A DNA stretch of 63,924 nucleotides, counting the filler, from Octopus bimaculoides (taxonomy: Eukaryota), in the NCBI RefSeq assembly GCF_001194135.2. It is 5 parts of 5 records of this genome, joined end to end, with 100 filler letters (N's around TTAATTAATTAA, not from the genome) between each part and the next. Parts side by side here need not be neighbours in the genome. Positions count along the whole stretch, not along the records: positions 50,502 to 61,477 come from NC_068991.1; positions 61,578 to 63,924 come from NC_068994.1; 3 more parts are not named here. The stretch is one strand, 5' to 3'. A model generated the notes under the pieces. That model was not told the origin of the DNA. It worked only from the letters and a program-made list of their open reading frames with translations, and made no database searches. This document shows, in pieces, positions 54,808-63,924 of the stretch. The translations under genes were made by a program, and so were the position numbers. How positions within the stretch are numbered: the first letter of the stretch is position 1; every line of letters begins with the position of its first letter.

Positions 54808-55770
54808 TATTAAATAATAATATCTGTAACTTTTATTAAATGTGTTGGGTGCCGCCTTCTTTCGTTTATTCACTCACTCGTACACACACACACACACACA
54901 CACATACGTGCGTGTGTATTGGTTAGAACATTGCTCTGTTTTCTTTTTCTTCTCAAATAAACTTCGAAATGTTTCGGCCATGTTTAACACACTAGCGCCA
55001 TCTGACAGATTCTTTTAAATCATTCTAAGTTCTGTCTTGTGGCATCATGAACCATTTATGGAGGGAGGTTTTCAGATGTCCCCAGGTATAGGTGGCATGG
55101 CTTTGCTTAGATATATCGTTCGAAAGTAATGAGATTTTTTTTTCTTTGATTTGTTTTAGGATGAAGTTAGAGTGTGGGGAGGGGGCGGGGCTGTTGAGCA
55201 AAACGTAAAGTAGTTATGTGTCATGATCCTGAATTGNNNNNNNNNNNNNNNNNNNNNNNNNNNNNNNNNNNNNNNNNNNNNNNNNNNNNNNNNNNNNNNN
55301 NNNNNNNNNNNNNNNNNNNNNNNNNNNNNNNNNNNNNNNNNNNNNNNNNNNNNNNNNNNNNNNNNNNNNNNNNNNNNNNNNNNNNNNNNNNNNNNNNNNN
55401 NNNNNNNNNNNNNNNNNNNNNNNNNNNNNNNNNNNNNNNNNNNNNNNNNNNNNNNNNNNNNNNNNNNNNNNNNNNNNNNNNNNNNNNNNNNNNNNNNNNN
55501 NNNNNNNNNNNNNNNNNNNNNNNNNNNNNNNNNNNNNNNNNNNNNNNNNNNNNNNNNNNNNNNNNNNNNNNNNNNNNNNNNNAGGATAAAATCTTTATAA
55601 GAATTTATCACGTAGCTAGCGGGAAAAGCCTCATAAGGGAAAAATTTATTAATTATTCCCTTTGAATATATTTATTTATATTTAGGGCATTACTATACAT
55701 AAGGTTTTGTTCAACTATTTCATTCTGTGAGAGAGAAAGATCTTTTAGCTTGTTGTGCCTGATTCCCGTA

Positions 55771-56347
55771 ATATTTGGTAAAGGGGGCGGACATCGTGTC
55801 TTCTGGTAATTAGTGTTATAAAAATTAATTCTATTAAGGCGGTTCCAATAATCAAGATTAGTCATGCATTTTCCTGTTTTTAGGGATTGCTCCCTGGCTT
55901 GATTCAACTCTCGTAATCTTTTATTTCTGCTTGGTTTGGGGAGACCACAGAGAGCGGCAATATTTTAGGTGCAGCAGTACAAAGGAATAGAGAAAGGGAA
56001 TGATGACATTTGGCTCTCCGGAATCAGAAAGTTCTGAGGACCCTGGAGCCATATCAGCTTTATTATTGACGTGAGAGCATCGTGTGACAGTATGTCGTTT
56101 CTGCCTGCCCATTTACTTACAACATGAAAACCAGATTGGAGTTTTGTCCAGTCTTCTCCGTTTGCGAATATATGTATGCTGCTGTGCTTGATCTTATTTG
56201 GGATGTCGGTTATAGATTTCTTTTCTACTGTAGGAATAAAAGCAAAGCGGATCTAGGTGAGATTCGAACTCAGAATACACAACTAATTACTCAGAGATAT
56301 AACACTAATTACCAGAAGACACGATGTCCGACCCCTTTACCGAATAT
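55771..56347. repeat. 50-bp inverted repeat pair about 480 bp apart in the actin intron
   Basis: 55771-55820 matches the reverse complement of 56298-56347 at 48/50 positions. Confidence 0.92.
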
Positions 56348-56356
56348 GTTATCTAC

Positions 56357-56396
<40 letters not shown>

Positions 56397-56737
56397 ATAT
56401 GTATGTATGTTTGTATTTATGTATGTATGTATTTATGTATATATATGTGTGTGTACATGTATGCCTATTATATGCGTTCCTGTAACAGACCCAGTGGGTT
56501 CTCTGTCAGGGCTTAAACTGTGTTTTAGTGCATCTTTGTGTCTGTGTTTGTCTCTCCCTTCCTCTCTCTCTCTTTCTCTCTGTCGGTCTTTCTTTCTCTT
56601 TCTCTCTTTCTCTCCCTCTCTCTTTATCTCTCTTTCTATATATACAAACACACACGCATTCATATATTCATATGTATATGCGCACATAATTATATACATA
56701 TATATATGAGACTACGTAGCATCAGATGTGTTATTTG

Positions 56738-56779
<42 letters not shown>

Positions 56780-57724
56780 NNNNNNNNNNNNNNNNNNNNN
56801 NNNNNNNNNNNNNNNNNNNNNNNNNNNNNNNNNNNNNNNNNNNNNNNNNNNNNNNNNNNNNNNNNNNNNNNNNNNNNNNNNNNNNNNNNNNNNNNNNNNN
56901 NNNNNNNNNNNNNNNNNNNNNNNNNNNNNNNNNNNNNNNNNNNNNNNNNNNNNNNNNNNNNNNNNNNNNNNNNNNNNNNNNNNNNNNNNNNNNNNNNNNN
57001 NNNNNNNNNNNNNNNNNNNNNNNNNNNNNNNNNNNNNNNNNNNNNNNNNNNNNNNNNNNNNNNNNNNNNNNNNNNNNNNNNNNNNNNNNNNNNNNNNNNN
57101 NNNNNNNNNNNNNNNNNNNNNNNNNNNNNNNNNNNNNNNNNNNNNNNNNNNNNNNNNNNNNNNNNNNNNNNNNNNNNNNNNNNNNNNNNNNNNNNNNNNN
57201 NNNNNNNNNNNNNNNNNNNNNNNNNNNNNNNNNNNNNNNNTAACGAGACTTGTTAACTTCTCGACCTTTGACCTCTGAACCAAATCCTCTTCATGCGAGG
57301 CAAGACATGATTATTGGTTGAACGTTCCTCCTTTGATAAATTACAAATTCTTATCTGAACATAACGCTACAAAGTACGACGGTTTCTCTCAGCCGACATC
57401 AACCCTCTTAGCGACCGCTTCACTGGAAATCTAGGTTCTCTTTCGTTTGATAGCGAAACTGCGCCTGAGCTGATTTCTGATAACATTTGTCTGATCTTAT
57501 CAGACCCGCGTCTTCCACTTACGACCAACCCTCAATAAACTGGTCAATAGAGATATTCTTTTTATATCTCCTTCCTAAGATTCGGCCACCAGCATCTATA
57601 GCATTAATAGTCTTTTGGTCATTAAGACTTACTAGTCTCCAAGCTGTCCTTTCAGATCGGTTGTTAAAAGTACATTGCTGGTCACCTCCTAGAGTACTTT
57701 ATTTAAACAGGCCGCTTTAGATCT

Positions 57725-58110
57725 TTTATGCTTTTATTCTTTTATTTGTTTCAGTCATTTGATTGCGGCCAGGCTGGAGCATGGCCTTTAGTCGAACAAA
57801 TCGACACCCGGGACTTATTCTTTGCAAGCCTAGTACTTATTCTATCGGGCTTTTTTGCCGAACCGCTAGGTGACGGGGACGTAAACACACCAGCATCGGT
57901 TGTCAAGCGATGGTAGGGGGACAAACACAGACACACAAGCGTTTGTCACTGTGTTTGTTTGACGACCGATGTTAGTGTGTTTACGTCCCCTTAGTAAGTG
58001 CCAGGCTTAGATAAAATAAGTACTAGAGTCGATACATTCGACTAAAGAAATCTTCTCAAGGCGGTGCCCACGCGTGGCTGCAGTCTAAATGACTGACGCA
58101 AGTAAAGCGT
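57725..58110. mobile_element. Inverted pair of family C SINE 3' halves (minus 57725-57940, plus 57949-58110)
   Basis: Both halves are homologous to the 3' part of 17068-17470. 57875-57906 pairs with 57959-57990 at 29/32 positions, and ACAAACACAG (57921-57930) pairs with CTGTGTTTGT (57949-57958). Confidence 0.85.
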
Positions 58111-58128
58111 AAGGGGACCCAGAAGCCA

Positions 58129-58138
58129 CCAAATATGG
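58129..58138 (+). promoter_or_regulatory. Intronic CArG box in the actin intron
   Basis: CCAAATATGG is a perfect CC(A/T)6GG match. It could be a chance hit in AT-rich DNA. Confidence 0.4.
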
Positions 58139-59341
58139 TAAATTCTTTGTGTTGCTCGATGCGAAGGCGGTTAGTGAGAGTGAGGAATATAAAAAAAAAA
58201 TTTTGAAATTGGAACTGGAATTTTGATATAAATGGTTTATGTAAATTTCGATTTGTAAACTATAATGAGAAAGCTATGACGAAAGGCAACGAGATCGAAG
58301 TTCATTAGCCAAGATTACATATTTATCCACTGATTGCCGATATTATTAAAATAGCTTAGCAACATCTTATTCATGTTAACAACAGGAACTCGCAGGTACG
58401 CACACACACACACACACACACACTCACATACTAATTCAGATACATTGATACATGATACATATATAAGCACACACATATATAAAACAGATTCGTTTGTTCA
58501 AATCGATCGCGTGTGGGCGTAAATTCTGTGAATGATGGAATATATTCATGATTATAATTTCTGAATTTGTTTATTTTATATACACACAAACGTACATACA
58601 TACATACATACATACATACATACATACATACATAAGGAATTCTGACTTTCGTATGCATCAGTAAATGTAAAAATGTGTCTTCTTCCCAGTTCCACTTTGT
58701 CGCAAACATACACANNNNNNNNNNNNNNNNNNNNNNNNNNNNNNNNNNNNNNNNNNNNNNNNNNNNNNNNNNNNNNNNNNNNNNNNNNNNNNNNNNNNNN
58801 NNNNNNNNNNNNNNNNNNNNNNNNNNNNNNNNNNNNNNNNNNNNNNNNNNNNNNNNNNNNNNNNNNNNNNNNNNNNNNNNNNNNNNNNNNNNNNNNNNNN
58901 NNNNNNNNNNNNNNNNNNNNNNNNNNNNNNNNNNNNNNNNNNNNNNNNNNNNNNNNNNNNNNNNNNNNNNNNNNNNNNNNNNNNNNNNNNNNNNNNNNNN
59001 NNNNNNNNNNNNNNNNNNNNNNNNNNNNNNNNNNNNNNNNNNNNNNNNNNNNNNNNNNNNNNNNNNNNNNNNNNNNNNNNNNNNNNNNNNNNNNNNNNNN
59101 NNNNNNNNNNNNNNNNNNNNNNNNNNNNNNNNNNNNNNNNNNNNNNNNNNNNNNNNNNNNNNNNNNNNNNNNNNNNNNNNNNNNNNNNNNNNNNNNNNNN
59201 NNNNNNNNNNNNNNNNNNNNNNNNNNNNNNNNNNNNNNNNNNNNNNNNNNNNNNNNNNNNNNNNNNNNNNNNNNNNNNNNNNNNNNNNNNNNNNNNNNNN
59301 NNNNNNNNNNNNNNNNNNNNNNNNNNNNNNNNNNNNNNNNN

Positions 59342-59385
<44 letters not shown>

Positions 59386-59402
59386 GTCTGTCTGCCTGTC
59401 TA

Positions 59403-59444
<42 letters not shown>

Positions 59445-59907
59445 GGTATTTTACTCTCGTTCTCTCCGTGTGTGTGTGTGTGTGTGTGTAATGAAAACTT
59501 CTGCAAGTATGAAATTGTAACATTATCACAAATGTTTTAGTCATGATTAGCACAAGCGAAACCGGTCGACTATGTAAACATTTTATTTCATAAATAAACA
59601 CATATATAATGTCCAACATAAAATTTCCGTGCATTTTCCTTCTTTTCATATTCTCACTACAGGTGGAATAAGTGTTTGAATAACCTGTTCTTCTAACTCA
59701 TTGTCTATACCTCAGTACTTACTGCAGCCTTTTCATTCCATCAGTTTTCTCACTGAACTACAACGCATCCGTTATTTCATCTCTCAATGTCTGCTTCTAT
59801 CTTTTACATTTTTGTATTTCTGTATCTTTTCATCTGTCCTTGTTTTCAATCATATTGTTCGAATATTTAACCTAATTTTCTTTTCTCTATTTCTTTTTGT
59901 TTGTTAG

Positions 59908-60912
<1,005 letters not shown>

Positions 60913-61477
60913 GCAACTGTTATAGCGAGAAGAGAACAGAAGACACGGGAAGAGGTGTCGAAACAGCTGCAGGAGAAAAATAGCTGCAACTAATATCAAC
61001 AACAGAAATATCTCGAACAATGCACAATGCGATATGCAGAAACAATTGCAACATCAGCTACAGCAACTGCAACAAGAATAATAAGAATAACAGAGACAAT
61101 GCTGAACAGAGTGGGAATGCAAAAGCAGCAACTACAACAACAATAACAATAACAATTACGGCAACATTAATATGCGTGGAAACGCTTTATGAATATCATT
61201 AATAACAGAATTACCAAAACGAATTTTATTAATTGCAAAAAAAAAAAAAATTGTAACATTAACTCACACACACACACACACACACGCACACACAGAACTA
61301 TGCGTTGAGAAATGTAAATGAGAAAAATTGTACTCAGTGGTCGTAGTAGAGTTTTTATTTTTATAGAAAAGAAAAAGAGAAAAAAAAAACAGCCGATGGC
61401 TCACTGCATAAGAAATTGATTTTTGCAGGTGAGGTGTTCTTTGAGGTTGTCTAGAGGTGAATCACCTTTTTATATAC

Positions 61478-61577
61478 NNNNNNNNNNNNNNNNNNNNNNN
61501 NNNNNNNNNNNNNNNNNNNNNTTAATTAATTAANNNNNNNNNNNNNNNNNNNNNNNNNNNNNNNNNNNNNNNNNNNN
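61478..61577. other. Artificial scaffold-join linker
   Basis: 44 N + TTAATTAATTAA + 44 N. Confidence 0.95.
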
Positions 61578-62164
61578 ATATATATATATATATGTATAAA
61601 ATGTAAGGAAAATAAAAAATATAAAAAATATAAAAAAATACATGCTTCCAAGTCAAGTAATTCGAGACAATAGCTTGGACATTTCGTCTTATATCGAAGG
61701 ACTCGTGGAATCACATAAGGAGATAAGGCAGATATCCTATTTGCATAATTCAAACATTAGTTAATATGACTGTCTACTTGAGAGATTCGTGTCGTGGTTA
61801 CTGTGGTTTCGCATTTGAGTCCAACGCTGCCCAACAGATTTCGGGAATTTGATCTCCAGCTGTATCAATGTTCATAGTCAGCTTGAGGCTTGAGTTTGAT
61901 AAGAAATTCATTTCTAATTTTTGGCACAGTGTTAGTAATTTTACTAGTACAAGGTTTTCGAGATTGGCTGGGGGACGGAGAAGAAGTTATCCTCAAAATG
62001 GTCCGATTGCTTGCAAGAGTATGACTTCCGTTAAAGGAACACAAGGACCCAGTATTGTAAGGAAACAGGGCAATATATTGACTCTCCCAGCCAAAAACTC
62101 AAACCGGAAAGAGCCGAAACAAATACCGTTCAATGTCCAAACAATTCTGCCAATCTACCGCACT

Positions 62165-62310
62165 GGGCCACTACCGTATTTTGTCGACCCCGAAACGATG
62201 AAAAGTAAAGATGACCATCGTAGAATTTGAACTCACAGCGCAGTGGGTGAGCCAGAACAAATATCGCAAAATATTTTGCTCTACGCTCTAACGACTTTGG
62301 CAAATAGCCT
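62165..62310 (-). mobile_element. tRNA-derived SINE family B, diverged copy
   Basis: The reverse complement gives GTCGTTAGAGCG...GAGTTCAAATTCT...TTTCATCGTTTCGGGGTCGACAAAAT. Confidence 0.7.
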
Positions 62311-62564
62311 GCTACTGACAAATTTTTTCTGTTTCCTCACCAGGACATCCCAGGTTGAACAAGCTTATAGTCAAAGGCGTCTCATCCGTGCCTACCACGT
62401 CTTATGAGGTCGTATTTGTATTCCTAGGACAATATTCTCTAATTAGTAAGGCAATAGGGTGTGGTTTGTTTGACAACTATTTCAAGCATACGGAGTGACC
62501 TGGTAGAAGTTCCTTCCTTGAAAAGAAGACTGGAAATAAAATTCAACAAAATTCTTTTATGATA

Positions 62565-63021
62565 GTATGTTCTCAACTTGATGTGACAGTCCCATAAAAA
62601 GGAAGAATTCTACTGTTATTTAGCCCTAGGAAACACCGTTTCCTGTTGGACTTGACACATTTCCTGTGTCCTTGTGTTTTCAAATTGGAGATAAGCACCT
62701 CCACCCAGCAAAGACAGCATCCAGAGCCTAGTTTCAGAGTCATTGCTCATCATCAGTCTGGAGTAGCATGGCTTGCAAGCTGAATTTTTTATTACGACCA
62801 TAAAGATCAATACATAGATGGGACAGCACAGGACAATACATACAAAAAATGTTGTCCTGTGCTGTCCCATCTATGTATTGATGGCTGGAGGTGCTTATCT
62901 CCACTTTGAAAACATGACACAGGATATGTGTCAAGTCCAACAGGAAACGGTGTTTCCTAGGGCTAAATAACAGTAGCATTCTTCCCTTTTATGGGACTAT
63001 CACATTAAGTTGACAACATAC
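62565..63021. mobile_element. Fold-back (palindromic) non-autonomous element, arms about 170 bp
   Basis: 62565-62703 pairs with 62886-63021. An inner perfect 31-bp stem (62806-62836 / 62852-62882) has a 15-nt loop. About 100 bp (62704-62805) is present only in the left arm. No TSD was found. Confidence 0.85.
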
Positions 63022-63323
63022 GATTACCTTATCGTGCTGCTACTGCATAAATCTCTCTGAGAGATTTAGNNNNNNNNNNNNNNNNNNNNNNNNNNNNNNN
63101 NNNNNNNNNNNNNNNNNNNNNNNNNNNNNNNNNNNNNNNNNNNNNNNNNNNNNNNNNNNNNNNNNNNNNNNNNNNNNNNNNNNNNNNNNNNNNNNNNNNN
63201 NNNNNNNNNNNNNNNNNNNNNNNNNNNNNNNNNNNNNNNNNNNNNNNNNNNNNNNNNNNNNNNNNNNNNNNNNNNNNNNNNNNNNNNNNNNNNNNNNNNN
63301 NNNNNNNNNNNNNNNNNNNNNNN

Positions 63324-63387
<64 letters not shown>

Positions 63388-63486
63388 GTTGCTGCTGCTG
63401 CTGTTACTGTTGCTACTGCTGCAACAACAACAACAACAACTACTACTACAACTACAACTACTACTATTGCTGCTGCTGCAACTACT

Positions 63487-63546
<60 letters not shown>

Positions 63547-63924
63547 AGTCTGTTAACCTGCCATAAATAGAGGCCAAGTCTATCTAATGGCATAACCTAC
63601 CATATTACTCTAACTTACATGAGAAAGAAAATAATCCTAGATAGTCGTGGCTGGAAAGTCATTGATCATGGGTCGGTTCAAATATTGGGTTGACCGAGTG
63701 TTAAACAGGAACGAAGACAGCAACGACGGTGTCGGTGACCACCTCGGCGACAAAAATGACAAGAACTACTGTGGTGGCATCAAGATCACCACTACCATCA
63801 AGACCAGCACCAGCACTACCACCACCACCACCACCACCATCACCACCACCACCAGTGCCAGCACCAGCACCAACACAAGCAGCAGCAGCACCACCACCAC
63901 CACCGGCACCACCACCACCACACC
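63324..63924. repeat. (ACT)n/(GCT)n/(CAA)n and (CAC)n triplet tracts
   Basis: Directly visible. Confidence 0.9.

Noticed and set aside
57300-57720. Possible decayed LINE fragment on the minus strand in the actin intron
   Set aside because: Peptide pieces are protein-like but contain no motif I can assign.
60913-60993. 26-codon in-frame extension after the actin stop (readthrough isoform)
   Set aside because: The TAA-G context is not a leaky-stop motif and the canonical ...RKCF end is intact, so there is no support.
62985-62994. Perfect CArG (CCTTTTATGG) downstream of actin
   Set aside because: It lies inside a fold-back repeat arm and beyond a scaffold join, so linkage to actin is not established.

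Overview
This is eukaryotic, AT-rich, microsatellite-saturated genomic DNA with many N gaps. The SINE and LINE content and repeat density are most consistent with a coleoid cephalopod such as Octopus; that assignment is inference. Four 100-bp linkers (44 N + TTAATTAATTAA + 44 N) split the window into five separately assembled blocks: 1-26323, 26424-45990, 46091-50401, 50502-61477 and 61578-63924. Two host genes are recognisable. (1) A complete two-exon, 375-aa actin gene (+; 54493-54615 and 59908-60912) has the conserved codon-41/42 intron, two perfect CArG boxes upstream and one in the intron. Its C-terminal half is unusually divergent at filament-interface and phallotoxin-site residues (Q176, N179, L266, A275, G284). 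(2) Two internal exons of a polyhomeotic/PHC-like Polycomb gene (-; HD1 motif) sit on a 4.3-kb block that lacks the FCS and SAM exons. The remainder is transposon debris: two L1/Tx1-type LINE remnants, three R4/Dong-type RLE LINE fragments each abutting an (AAT)n tract, an RTE 3' end, a Ty3/gypsy gag with a tRNA-Ser PBS, two FLYWCH-MULE remnants, hAT and piggyBac MITEs with intact TSDs, several tRNA-derived SINE families and several long fold-back elements, three of them inside the actin intron. I found no clearly new multi-gene system. The divergent actin locus is the best lead. Almost all ORFs in the supplied track are artefacts of microsatellites or N runs.
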